From positions 30,081 through 94,080 of the forward strand of contig JBMFWA010000004.1 of assembly GCA_049965715.1 (NCBI GenBank): 64,000 nt of DNA, read 5' to 3'. The stretch comes from Thermoplasmata archaeon. Lineage in GTDB: Archaea; Thermoplasmatota; Thermoplasmata; Thermoplasmatales; Thermoplasmataceae. Position 1 is the first letter of the stretch, and each line of letters begins with the position of its first letter. The notes under the pieces were generated by a model. That model saw only the letters and a program-made list of their open reading frames with translations. It was not told where the DNA came from and made no database searches. This document shows positions 47,369 to 56,813 of this stretch, piece after piece. Made by a program: the position numbers and the translations under genes.

Positions 47369-49471
47369 TCAGAAGAACCCTATTAATGAACTGATCACGT
47401 AGTGGTTCAGCATCAGGGTGACAAACAATATTGATATTGTGTTGACCACCTTCACCAGGGGGTTTATTGCTGGACCAGCTGTGTCTTTTGTTGCGTCTCC
47501 GACAGTATCTCCAACAACAGCCGCTTTGTGTGCATCAGATCCCTTTCCGCCGTACTTGCCCTGCTCTATGTATTTCTTGGCGTTATCCCAGGCTCCTCCA
47601 CCCACAGTCATCATTATGGCCAGTGGAAATCCTCCAAGAATTACGCCCAGCAAAAGGCCTCCCACCGCAAGCGGGCCAAGGACAAATCCAAGCAGAAGCG
47701 GTGTGGCTATGCCTATTACAGCCGGCGCAGCAAGCTGGTGCAAAGCCTCCTTCGTGACAATGTCAACAGCCTTTCCGTAATCCGGTTTTGAGGTGCCTTC
47801 CATTATTCCCTTGTCGGCAGAAAATTGCCTCCTGACCTCCTCAACAATCTTGTACGCTGCCTTCCCCACCGCATCCATAAGGAAAGAGGTGAAGAAGAAT
47901 GGAAGAAGCGCACCTATTAGGAGTCCAACCAGAACGAGGGGGTTGTCTATCTGAACAGTGGGAAACACTGACTGTATATCTATCTTGAATGCGGCGAAAA
48001 GTGTCAGTGCAGCAAGTAGTGCACTGCCGATCGCATAACCCTTTGTGACTGCTTTGGTTGTATTGCCGACAGCATCCAGCGGATCAGTGACCTCGTTTCT
48101 CGTTTTCTCGTCAAACCCGCACATTTCGGCTATACCGCCTGCATTATCAGTGATTGGGCCGTATGAGTCTATCGATATTATTATGCCGGTGGCAGACAGC
48201 ATTGAGGCCGCTGCAATTGAAACACCATAGAGACCGAATACTGTATTGTGCAGGTAATAGGCAGTCAGACCATATGAAAGAACAATGCCTGTTGCTATCA
48301 CAACTCCAGGAATAAGCACAGCCTGAAGCCCGTATCCCAGACCGGTGATAATGTTTGTTCCGGTTCCAGTCGTCGAAGCCTTCGCGATTCTGGCCACGGG
48401 TGCGTATCTTTCAGATGTGTAGTATTCTGTGACATAGACCATTACAACCATTATGATTGAACCAATGAGCGTATCAATGAAGATTGCTACGTTGTCATTC
48501 ATTAAATAGTAGTTTGCAATGAAAAATCCAATTTCAGAAAGCACAACAGTCACGATAAGACCCTTATAAAGGGCGCTCATGATTCTCTGTCCCTCGCTTT
48601 TTCTGACAAAGAATGTCCCCACTATTGTCGTCAATATGGCGATTCCTCCAAGAACCAATGGGAATATGACTCCTGCACTGGTTATAGCGATTCCAGCTGC
48701 TATTGGAATTGTCTCTCCAAGCAGGAAAGCAAGAAGCATGGATGCAAGAGCTGTGACTACGAACGTTTCGAAAAGATCTGCGCCCATACCGGCACAGTCA
48801 CCCACATTGTCGCCCACATTATCAGCAATTGTGGCAGGGTTTCTAGGATCATCCTCGGGAATTCCAATCTCTACCTTACCAACAAGGTCTGCGCCGACAT
48901 CTGCGCCCTTTGTGAATATTCCGCCTCCAACTCTCGCAAAAAGGCTCACCAGTGATGCGCCAAATATATACCCAACCATCGGGACCGGGCTCTTGTAAAG
49001 CATGTAGAATACAACCAATCCAAGGAGGGCAAGGGATATGACGCTGAGACCAGTAACACTTCCACCTCTGAATGCAACCCTAAGAGCTGGGTTAAGACCC
49101 TGTTTGGCTCTTATTGCACATCTGACATTGGATCTTATGGATATGTTCATGCCGATCAACCCTGCAACTGCAGATCCTATTGATCCAACAAGAAATCCAA
49201 CAGCCAGTTGCCATGATTCTGTGTGCTGCCCGCCTGCATAAAATGCAAGGAAAATCACTATCGCAATCACAACAGCAAACGAAAAGATCGCAGTGTACTG
49301 TCTTTTCATAAAGGCGTTAGAGCCGTCTTTTATGTAATTTGAAATCTGAAGAGGCTTTTCCTCATCTACCTTGATCTTCAGGAGAAGATAGCTTTGCACT
49401 GCAGCATACAGGATACCTATTAACGCTGCAACGAGAACGAAAAGCTCCCAGCCAAATACTGTCCCGTACAT
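47369..49471 (-). CDS. hppA: Membrane-bound proton-translocating inorganic pyrophosphatase
   Basis: 700 aa, about 16 TM. Has the signature motifs GGG.FTKGADVGADLVGK, DNVGDNVGD and GDTVGD. Confidence 0.9.
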   Translation of the reverse strand: MYGTVFGWELFVLVAALIGILYAAVQSYLLLKIKVDEEKPLQISNYIKDGSNAFMKRQYTAIFSFAVVIAIVIFLAFYAGGQHTESWQLAVGFLVGSIGSAVAGLIGMNISIRSNVRCAIRAKQGLNPALRVAFRGGSVTGLSVISLALLGLVVFYMLYKSPVPMVGYIFGASLVSLFARVGGGIFTKGADVGADLVGKVEIGIPEDDPRNPATIADNVGDNVGDCAGMGADLFETFVVTALASMLLAFLLGETIPIAAGIAITSAGVIFPLVLGGIAILTTIVGTFFVRKSEGQRIMSALYKGLIVTVVLSEIGFFIANYYLMNDNVAIFIDTLIGSIIMVVMVYVTEYYTSERYAPVARIAKASTTGTGTNIITGLGYGLQAVLIPGVVIATGIVLSYGLTAYYLHNTVFGLYGVSIAAASMLSATGIIISIDSYGPITDNAGGIAEMCGFDEKTRNEVTDPLDAVGNTTKAVTKGYAIGSALLAALTLFAAFKIDIQSVFPTVQIDNPLVLVGLLIGALLPFFFTSFLMDAVGKAAYKIVEEVRRQFSADKGIMEGTSKPDYGKAVDIVTKEALHQLAAPAVIGIATPLLLGFVLGPLAVGGLLLGVILGGFPLAIMMTVGGGAWDNAKKYIEQGKYGGKGSDAHKAAVVGDTVGDATKDTAGPAINPLVKVVNTISILFVTLMLNHYVISSLIGFF

Positions 49472-49490
49472 ATACGAGGATATGGTCTGA

Positions 49491-49500
49491 TATAATAATT
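49491..49500. promoter_or_regulatory. AT-rich TATA-like box (TATAATAATT / AATTATTATA), possibly bidirectional
   Basis: On the minus strand its 5' edge lies 29 nt upstream of the hppA ATG (49471). On the plus strand it lies about 20-30 nt upstream of GGGAAG at 49519. Confidence 0.4.
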
Positions 49501-49510
49501 CTTTTTATCA

Positions 49511-49910
49511 TTTTGAACGGGAAGACCTCTGACCTGGCAGGGAGATGATAGCGAACATCGACATGGTAAAGTGCATTCTATTATAAGCCGGTCAGGACTA
49601 TTAAACTGAAACATCCATAAGACAAATAGCTTCTGGAAACGGGAAAAACAACCCAGGGAAGCATGTCAGACAGTTCTGTACTATGGAGTTCCATAACATA
49701 CTCACGGCTAGAACAGGCTTAACAGGGGAACCTGTAAAGACACAAGAAATAGGATGTAACTATTACCCTCCGCGCTTGACCAGACCGTAAGAGATGCTCC
49801 ATCGGAAGTATTGAAGCAGGCTGAAACCAGGAAACAGTCTGGGTAGCTCAGGATGCTCTCAACCAGCTAATCGTTGCGTCATATAAACAGCAACGGACCC
49901 GTTGCGAAAA
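49511..49910. ncRNA. Candidate structured non-coding RNA or small non-coding element (family unknown)
   Basis: No ORF of 60 aa or more lies within this tract on either strand. The ends can pair: UUUUGAACGGG (49511-49521) with CCCGUUGCGAAAA (49898-49910). Several internal hairpins are present, including a GGAA-tetraloop stem at 49718-49739. Confidence 0.35.
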
Positions 49911-49949
49911 CTGGGAGTAGTTGATTTATGTTTCGACATCTTCAGATAC

Positions 49950-50237
49950 TTACAGGTACTTGATGATGTCTTCCACGACCTGACCTTCGATTATGCCCTC
50001 ATTTCTGGCTTTTGATGTAACCTGTGAAACTTTGCTTCCAAGCATTGACTTCAGATCAGTTACTCCGGTAACTCTTACAGCCGTGTCTCCAAGCTTTTCG
50101 GCAGCCTCGATATTCAGGTACCCACACATGACGAATCCCTTTGGCCCCTTTATTATAACCAGCGGGGCTTTGTCCATATTCACCTTAATGTACTGGAAGG
50201 TTTTTCCAAATCGCTCGAAGGTGTCTATCTCCATCAT
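49950..50237 (-). CDS. DUF1805 (YunC-like) domain protein
   Basis: 95 aa. Pattern ...KAPLVIIKG.KGFVMCGYLN...A.K.GD.A....GV is typical of DUF1805. Confidence 0.6.
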   Translation of the reverse strand: MMEIDTFERFGKTFQYIKVNMDKAPLVIIKGPKGFVMCGYLNIEAAEKLGDTAVRVTGVTDLKSMLGSKVSQVTSKARNEGIIEGQVVEDIIKYL

Positions 50238-50347
50238 GAAAACGAATTGTTCCCCCAGATATAAATGATGGGTGCATTGAACTATTCTAAGAGCAAAAAT
50301 GAAAAGGTGATTATGAAAATATTAAATTTGAAAATAAAAAAGAGAGT

Positions 50348-51892
50348 TCAATCGGTCTGTTCTGACTCCGTTTTAGAGACTGCTGGATGACCCTTCAAGG
50401 ACGCTGCAATGGCAGAACCAATAAGGCTAATCGCCAGGTTCACCACAAGTGCAATCAGTCCAATGTAGAGGAAACTGAAGGGTGTGGAGAACTTGAACAG
50501 AACGGTCTCAAGTGTCGGGAATTTGTCCTGAACAAAGTTCGCATAATAGATCATGTAAATACCAAGTATTATGCCCGCAGCCCAGCCCAGACCTACCGAC
50601 CATTTTTCAAGTTTCTTTGTATACATTCCAAGGAATATTGCCGGCAGTGTCTGAAGTATTATTATTCCACCAATCAGCTGAAGTTCAAGTGAATAGGTGG
50701 AAGATATCAGGAATATGAATGCAAGGGCAAGAAACTTGAACATGACCGAAAACCACTTGGCCATTCTTGCCTCATTCTTGGGACTCAGATCTGGCTTGAA
50801 AACCTTGACCACGTTTCTGGTGAGCAGGTTTGCCTGAGATATTGCCATTATGGACGCAGGAACCAATCCTCCTATGAATATGCCCAGGAACGCAAAGCCG
50901 ACAAACCAGTCCGGGAACTCGGCATAAATCAGAGAAGGCACCACAGTTACAGCGCCGTACTTGGAAACATAGCCGAGGGCAGCCGGTGACCCGTATATGA
51001 GGATGCCAAAAAGTGCAAGAAAAGCAAGGCCTATACCGTAGATAGGAAGCAGGGCTGTGCTGTATCTCAGTCTCTTAGTGGAGTTTGTGCTGAATACCCC
51101 ATTGATGGCGTGTGGGTAGAGATAAAGGGCAAGAGCACTCATTATGGAGAGACTGATAAACCCGTTCAGGAAAAGCGGTGCAAGTGACTCATAACTCGGC
51201 GCCGAGCTAGCCTTCATGGAGGCAAACGCATGGCCGAATCCGCCAATGTACATTGGAACCAGGACAATCACAACTATGACGGTTGCAAATATAATGACAT
51301 CCTTCATCACGGCAGTAATTGTCGCACCTCTCAATCCGCTGGTGAAGGTGAATGCGGCAAGAATTATGAATGCTATAACAAGGGACAGCTCAGTTATAGT
51401 TACAGTGTCAATTGTGGTGAGCTGGCCAATCATGACGGTAAGCACCGCCTGCATTCCGTAGATCTGAAGCGCTATATAAGGAAGTTCCGCTGCTATACCA
51501 GTGAGGGCTATAACGATGGCCAGTGTTTTACTGTTAAACTTGTCCTGAACCATGTCGACAGCAGTGACATAATTTTTGCCCTTCGAAATCTTCCATAACC
51601 TCGGCATGGTGATCATTGCTATACCGAAAGCCATGCCGACGTAGGGAACTGCAAAGTAGTAGATCGCCGCCTTCTCGTAAAGCAGTTCAGGAATTGCGAT
51701 AAAGGTGTAGGCAGTGTACAGATCAGCACCTACCAGAAACCAGGCAAGGTATCCACCGAGCTTCCTTCCAGCAAGTGCCCATTCTCCAATATCACTCATG
51801 TCACCCTTTCTGAATCTTGAACTCCAGAAACCCAGACCCACGAAGATTACGAAGAGAGAGATGAAAACGGATAGAACCACATAGTTGTTCAT
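50348..51892 (-). CDS. Sodium:solute symporter (SSS) family transporter
   Basis: 514 aa, about 13 TM. N-terminal region (W.LAGR.LG....F.VGADLYTAYTF) is typical of SSS transporters. Confidence 0.85.
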   Translation of the reverse strand: MNNYVVLSVFISLFVIFVGLGFWSSRFRKGDMSDIGEWALAGRKLGGYLAWFLVGADLYTAYTFIAIPELLYEKAAIYYFAVPYVGMAFGIAMITMPRLWKISKGKNYVTAVDMVQDKFNSKTLAIVIALTGIAAELPYIALQIYGMQAVLTVMIGQLTTIDTVTITELSLVIAFIILAAFTFTSGLRGATITAVMKDVIIFATVIVVIVLVPMYIGGFGHAFASMKASSAPSYESLAPLFLNGFISLSIMSALALYLYPHAINGVFSTNSTKRLRYSTALLPIYGIGLAFLALFGILIYGSPAALGYVSKYGAVTVVPSLIYAEFPDWFVGFAFLGIFIGGLVPASIMAISQANLLTRNVVKVFKPDLSPKNEARMAKWFSVMFKFLALAFIFLISSTYSLELQLIGGIIILQTLPAIFLGMYTKKLEKWSVGLGWAAGIILGIYMIYYANFVQDKFPTLETVLFKFSTPFSFLYIGLIALVVNLAISLIGSAIAASLKGHPAVSKTESEQTD

Positions 51893-52143
51893 TACTCACC
51901 ACCCTCCATCTTATTCAGCAGCCAGGCAGCCATGGTATATGCAACCGATGTCACGACCAGCCACACAATCTCGAACCAATAGAAGAAGGTCAAACCAAAC
52001 AATTCAGGAGCCTTGAAGTTGTAGATTGGGGTTATAGCAAACACTGCCATTGGGATTAACAGCAGCAACGCCACGATTACTTTTTGTCCTGTCGTACCTT
52101 TTGTCTCAAGACTCAATTCACCTTCAGTTGCACTGACAGTCAT
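51892..52143 (-). CDS. Small two-TM membrane protein coupled to the SSS transporter (DUF3311-like position)
   Basis: 83 aa with two hydrophobic helices. Its stop overlaps the transporter start by 1 nt. Confidence 0.5.
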   Translation of the reverse strand: MTVSATEGELSLETKGTTGQKVIVALLLLIPMAVFAITPIYNFKAPELFGLTFFYWFEIVWLVVTSVAYTMAAWLLNKMEGGE

Positions 52144-52525
52144 TGTCTATCAGTAGTGTATACAATGTGGTAATATTTTAAACTTTTGATAATAATTGTT
52201 AAGACCGGATGATAATTCTAATCTGGTATGAGATAAAATCTATTCATTAAAGGGCAGAGATAACGAAGGTATGAGAGCAATATCCCCTGATTTGGATAAT
52301 TAAGGGGAAGGGCTATCATGATTCAACTCCAGGAACGCCTGAGGGACAGTGTGGATTGACAGATTTATCAAATTTTGTGAAAACCAGGGGAAACTATTCA
52401 AGGAGATATAACTAAAGTCCATCAGGTTGAAAAGAAAATAACCAAAAATACTGGAAAAATTAAAGATGGCCAATCATTGCAAAAGAAAATGAATAAAAAT
52501 ATCATCTGGTTTTCCAGACAGGAGA

Positions 52526-52984
52526 TTAGTTGTCCGTGGGACCTGTCGTATTCTGGTTATCTTCGCTACCTGTGGAATTGTCGTCCACAGATTGTCCTTC
52601 TCCCAGTTCTCCGCTATCCTGGTTTTCTGCAAGATGCGCAGAAATTACCTGGTTGCTGGACTGGTTTACCTGAACGACGTATACCAGACCATTGGGTGCC
52701 AGAACCTTTATGTCGAAAACAGAAACTCCATGTTCTGTATCGTTCTCTGTCTTCAGGATCTTTGCGGTTCCGTTTCCGGGGTAGTTCTGACTTACATATG
52801 ATAGCGCTGCCTGCTGGGCCGCGGTCATATTGCCAGCAGGTGCAGTCGAAGCCAAGGCATGTCCAATGCTGGGCCCTGCAGCTATTCCTGCGGCCGAGGC
52901 GACAGATACAAGTGCTATTGCAGCCAGTATGGCCTTTATTCCGATTATTGACGAAAGCAGTTTTTTCACCTCCTTGAAAGCCAT
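52526..52984 (-). CDS. Membrane-anchored PepSY-domain protein with acidic/Asn-rich tail
   Basis: N-terminal TM anchor. PepSY-like segment: MTAAQQAALSYV....G.....ENDTEHGVSVFDIKV...G.VYVVQVN.S.N.VISA. I chose the start at the internal ATG (MAFKEV). Confidence 0.6.
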   Translation of the reverse strand: MAFKEVKKLLSSIIGIKAILAAIALVSVASAAGIAAGPSIGHALASTAPAGNMTAAQQAALSYVSQNYPGNGTAKILKTENDTEHGVSVFDIKVLAPNGLVYVVQVNQSSNQVISAHLAENQDSGELGEGQSVDDNSTGSEDNQNTTGPTDN

Positions 52985-53059
52985 AGAAAGCTCCTGCTGT
53001 AAACCGTTATGGAACACCCCTGTTCCATAAGTTTTTTATGCCAAGAGAAAATGTAAAAT

Positions 53060-54067
53060 GTGTCAAAACTCCTCGTGGCGCTCGTTATCCTGATGATATC
53101 ATCAACTTTGATGTTCTCACAGGTTTCTTTCGGATCCGAAAGCGAAAACGAGATCAGCCTTGCGGATTTTCCTCAGATAACCATCAATGTGACCAACAGT
53201 GTGGACGTGAATCTCACATACTGGGCAATGGTTCTCTCAACCCCACAGGGACCTGTTGGATCACAATTTGAAAAAATGAACTGGACAGTTTCCAACGTTT
53301 CAGATACATATTCATACGAGTCATCGTTCTCACTTACTCCTGTTTCAGGTACAGATCTGGGTGATTTTTATGGGAAGTATATCAATGCAGGCAGCAGTGC
53401 AGATCAATCAAAAGGTGCAGTTGCTGCAATTCCTGCGCGTGCCTATGTGAACATCTCGCACTATCTTGGGCCTGTATCGTCCCTCTCAATTTTCAATGCA
53501 ACTCAAAGTTCGAATTACAAATTCTCCGGGATCAACACTTCAACACTCAAAGCTTCTTTCAGTCTTGTTTTCACTGCCCCTCAAAACAGTACAATCAATA
53601 ACTATTCCCTGTTTTTGATACAGGCTATCAAAGCTTCAGAAAATGCACAGCAGCTGAATTACAGCAGCATAGAAGCACGCGGCGCCAATGAAACATATGG
53701 TGGAGTGGCAATGCAGACGGGTACTGGAAATAACACAACAAAAGCACTTTACTGGTGGGGAAATGATTTCCAGTATAACAACAGTATCATAGCAAGCAAT
53801 GTTACGAGCATAACCCGCGAAGAAGGGAGGTACGTGATTTTTAATTTCACTTTCCATACGTCCGGAGGGGTATCAGTCGTAACCCAGGATCCGTATATCT
53901 CAGTTAATGGAATAAGTTTGGTTGGAAACAGAATTACTGTTTACGGAGAGAAAATTGCCAGTTTTCTCTTGGAACACGTTGAATTTACGGTTGGCGGTTT
54001 TGCTCTTGGTGTGGTTTTTCTGTTCGGCCTTTATGCAAGACACAAAAAACCGAAAATACGGTTCTAA
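53060..54067 (+). CDS. Surface glycoprotein-like protein (signal peptide, about 15 N-x-S/T sequons, C-terminal TM anchor + basic tail)
   Basis: GTG start. Has MSKLLVALVILMISSTLMF signal-like N-terminus and C-terminal FTVGGFALGVVFLFGLYARHKKPKIRF. Confidence 0.55.
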   Translation: MSKLLVALVILMISSTLMFSQVSFGSESENEISLADFPQITINVTNSVDVNLTYWAMVLSTPQGPVGSQFEKMNWTVSNVSDTYSYESSFSLTPVSGTDLGDFYGKYINAGSSADQSKGAVAAIPARAYVNISHYLGPVSSLSIFNATQSSNYKFSGINTSTLKASFSLVFTAPQNSTINNYSLFLIQAIKASENAQQLNYSSIEARGANETYGGVAMQTGTGNNTTKALYWWGNDFQYNNSIIASNVTSITREEGRYVIFNFTFHTSGGVSVVTQDPYISVNGISLVGNRITVYGEKIASFLLEHVEFTVGGFALGVVFLFGLYARHKKPKIRF

Positions 54068-54558
54068 CTTTCGTCCAGAAGCCCCAGGATTGAGAGCGCA
54101 ATCGAATCGATAAAACTGTAGCCGTATTTTTTTAAAAACGCAATAAAAAGTTTCCTGTCCTTCAGTTCGAAACGAACATTCTTTCCATCGCGTATGACTT
54201 CGATGATTCCGTCACTCTCCATCTGCTTTATGATGTTAAGTTCCTTTTCTGCAAACAGATCGCTTGAGACGCCGCTGTTATTTGAAAGGGCAGAAAAAAG
54301 CAAGTCTTTTCCTGTTTTGTTTCTAAGATAAAAAGCTATTTTGCGGTCCGATATGGTTCCAGACTCGTTGGAGAAGAATCTCACATTTTCGCTATCTTTT
54401 CTGGAGATAATTTTCCCATCTCTTTCCAGCTGGTACAAGTGATAGTCAAGTTTTCCTACCGCGGAATTTGTTCTTCGCTGAAGTTCTCTAAAATGCAACC
54501 CAGGGTTTTCAGATATCACTTTCAGCAATTTCTCCCTGAACGTTTCCTTATCCTTCAA
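54064..54558 (-). CDS. Winged-helix (ArsR/MarR-like) transcriptional regulator
   Basis: LKVISENPGLHFRELQRRTNSAVGKLDYHLYQLERDGKIISR is a classic wHTH. Confidence 0.65.
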   Translation of the reverse strand: MKDKETFREKLLKVISENPGLHFRELQRRTNSAVGKLDYHLYQLERDGKIISRKDSENVRFFSNESGTISDRKIAFYLRNKTGKDLLFSALSNNSGVSSDLFAEKELNIIKQMESDGIIEVIRDGKNVRFELKDRKLFIAFLKKYGYSFIDSIALSILGLLDES

Positions 54559-54888
54559 CTAAGAGATCCCTCTTAATATCCCGGCATAGAATACTAAAAG
54601 TATGAGGAATGCCAGCAGTATGCCGGCATAGGTTCCTGGAACCAATATAAAGCCAAGAAGATCGAGTAGAATTAATACCAGATACACCATTATAATGGAA
54701 GATAGTATCAACAATGAACGGATTATCCGGACTTTTCTTATCCTGAGCACCCTAAGTGAACCTAAAATAATGATGATATCTATTGCAATAGATAACCCTA
54801 TGAGGAGAAATATCAAATCAAGCACAGAAATAGTTGTTGCTGCCACACTGTTATAAAGGGTCCTCATTAATTTAATTTTTCCAAGCAT
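54559..54888 (-). CDS. Small integral membrane protein (3-4 TM)
   Basis: 109 aa and very hydrophobic. Its stop abuts the start of the downstream wHTH gene. Confidence 0.5.
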   Translation of the reverse strand: MLGKIKLMRTLYNSVAATTISVLDLIFLLIGLSIAIDIIIILGSLRVLRIRKVRIIRSLLILSSIIMVYLVLILLDLLGFILVPGTYAGILLAFLILLVFYAGILRGIS

Positions 54889-54963
54889 GACAAAAGTTTA
54901 GCCAAACGGAAATAATTCTGGATCGATACCATCATATCCGGTATGAAGCGTCCAATGACAATG

Positions 54964-54985
54964 CTTATATAGAAGTTTATTTTTA
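54964..54985 (+). promoter_or_regulatory. AT-rich promoter region upstream of the thermosome gene (CTTATATAGA ... TTTATTTTTA)
   Basis: Two TATA-like boxes lie 16-37 nt upstream of ATG 55001. Confidence 0.35.
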
Positions 54986-55000
54986 CTTCTTTCGATCAGT

Positions 55001-56629
55001 ATGATAGGCGGACAACCAATATTCATATTAAAAGAAGGAACTAAGAGAGAATCCGGCAAGGATGCTATGCAGAACAACATTGAGGCAGCGAGAGCCATTG
55101 CAACATCCATCAGGTCCACACTTGGACCGAGAGGAATGGACAAGATGCTCGTCGACTCACTGGGCGATATAGTGATTACCAATGATGGAGTGACCATACT
55201 TAAGGAGATGGACGTTGAACACCCTGCTGCCAAGATGATGGTTGAGGTTTCCAAGACGCAGGACAGCTTTGTTGGGGACGGAACGACCACCGCAGTGATA
55301 GTGGCGGGAGGTCTTCTGAGCGAGGCTGAAAGCCTGATTAAGCAAAACGTTCACCCAACAGTGATAGCGGAAGGATTCAGAATGGCAGCTGTTCACGCAA
55401 AGAAAACCCTGAGTGAAATGTCAAAGAGCGTTTCAATAAAAGATAAAGATCTTCTTCAAAAAATGGCATCTACTGCTCTCAGCAGCAAATCTGCCTCAGG
55501 GAGCAAGGAAAAACTGTCAGATATTTCATATGAGGCAGTAAAGAGCGTGGCTGAGAAGAACGAGAACAAGTACACTGTGGACTTCGACAACATCCAGATA
55601 GTCAAGAAGAAGGGTGGCGACATCGACGACACAGAACTCATATACGGAATAATAGTCGATAAGGAGAAGGTCCACCCGGGAATGCCAGATTTCGTTAAGA
55701 ATGCCAAGATAGCGTTACTGAATGCAGCCCTTGAGATCAAGAAACCTGAATTTGACACAAACATCAGGATAGATGATCCATCGATGATCCAGAAATTCCT
55801 TACTCAGGAGGAGTCAATCCTGAAGGATATGGTAAAGAAGGTAAAGGAATCTGGAGCAAACGTGCTCATAACTCAGAAAGGCATTGATGACCTGGCACAG
55901 CATTATCTCTCAAAAGAAGGAATATACGCAGTCAGAAGAGTCAAGAAAAGCGATGTGGAGAAGCTGGCAAAGGCAACCGGCGCCTCCATAGTATCCTCTC
56001 TAGAGGAGCTGAGCTCATCGGATCTTGGTGATGCAGCGCTTGTTGAGCAGAAAAAAATTGACGAGGATTATCTGACGTTCATCACAGGATGCAAGAATCC
56101 CAAAGCCCTTAGCATACTCATAAGGGGCGGAACAGAGCACGTTGTTGATGAAATCGAGAGATCGCTTACCGACTCAATTCATGTGGTGGCGGCCGCCGTT
56201 GAGGATGGAAAGTACACCACCGGCGGGGGATCTTCTGCTGCAGAGATTGCACTGAGGTTGAGAGAATATGCATCGAAGGTCGGCGGCAGGCAGCAACTCG
56301 CCATAGAGAGATTTGCAAACGCAATGGAAGAAATTCCAAGAGCCCTTTCAGAAAACGCAGGACTGGACCCGATCGATGTTCTCATCAAGATCAGGAGCAA
56401 GCATGCAGAAGGTCAGAAATATTATGGCATCAATGTATTCACCGGAGAAGTTGAGGACATGGGCAAGGTTGGAGTCATTGAACCTCTGAGGGTTGGAGAG
56501 CAGGCGATAGAATCCGCAACCGAAGCCTCAGTGATGATCCTCAGGATTGACGATGTCATTGCAACAAAGGGAAGCAAAGGGCCATCCACGCCACCTGGAG
56601 GACCCGGAGCTGGCGGAGACGAAGACTGA
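55001..56629 (+). CDS. ths: Thermosome subunit (group II chaperonin)
   Basis: 542 aa. Has [25 protein letters not shown] and GGGSSAAE motifs, and a C-terminal Gly/Pro-rich tail. Confidence 0.9.
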   Translation: MIGGQPIFILKEGTKRESGKDAMQNNIEAARAIATSIRSTLGPRGMDKMLVDSLGDIVITNDGVTILKEMDVEHPAAKMMVEVSKTQDSFVGDGTTTAVIVAGGLLSEAESLIKQNVHPTVIAEGFRMAAVHAKKTLSEMSKSVSIKDKDLLQKMASTALSSKSASGSKEKLSDISYEAVKSVAEKNENKYTVDFDNIQIVKKKGGDIDDTELIYGIIVDKEKVHPGMPDFVKNAKIALLNAALEIKKPEFDTNIRIDDPSMIQKFLTQEESILKDMVKKVKESGANVLITQKGIDDLAQHYLSKEGIYAVRRVKKSDVEKLAKATGASIVSSLEELSSSDLGDAALVEQKKIDEDYLTFITGCKNPKALSILIRGGTEHVVDEIERSLTDSIHVVAAAVEDGKYTTGGGSSAAEIALRLREYASKVGGRQQLAIERFANAMEEIPRALSENAGLDPIDVLIKIRSKHAEGQKYYGINVFTGEVEDMGKVGVIEPLRVGEQAIESATEASVMILRIDDVIATKGSKGPSTPPGGPGAGGDED

Positions 56630-56653
56630 GCAGACATGGCCAGAATTTCATAA

Positions 56654-56681
56654 TTTTTTATTTTCCAAAAAAAATTTTTTT
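56654..56681 (+). terminator. Oligo-T tracts and A8/T7 palindrome downstream of the thermosome gene
   Basis: TTTTTTATTTT followed by CCAAAAAAAATTTTTTT. This gives both T-run termination signals and a hairpin. Confidence 0.5.
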
Positions 56682-56813
56682 GATGCTGAAAACTATTTTT
56701 CAAACATGTCGGAGACTGATTTTTCCCTTTATGAACAAAATCAAGTTGAATATCTTTGTATAGAGCAAAAAAATTGAAATCAAAAACTGTTATATATTGA
56801 TAAAATTTATCGA

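Noticed and set aside
49530-49610. C/D-box sRNA: GAUGAUA as C box, CUGA at 49605-49608 as D box. Also a TPP-riboswitch-like string near 49860-49880.
   Set aside because: The C box deviates from RUGAUGA. There is no credible C'/D' pair or terminal stem. The TPP core motifs (CUGAGA, ACCUGAUCUGGAUAAUGCCAGCG) are not present.
49690-49730. 5S rRNA-like 10-mer GUUAAGCCUG on the minus strand.
   Set aside because: The universally conserved CCGAAC loop region and the 5'/3' terminal helix are absent. The match is a short chance hit.
49795-49830. SRP RNA helix-8-like string: CGGAAGUAUUGAAGCAGGCUGAAAC versus the conserved ...GGAAG(G)AAGCAG... / GGAGCAGGUCAAAAC.
   Set aside because: The nucleotides flanking GGAA cannot form the closing stem. 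The AGG-N3-GNAR-N3-AGCA arrangement is absent on both strands. No Alu-domain-like 5' region or long helix 5 could be drawn.
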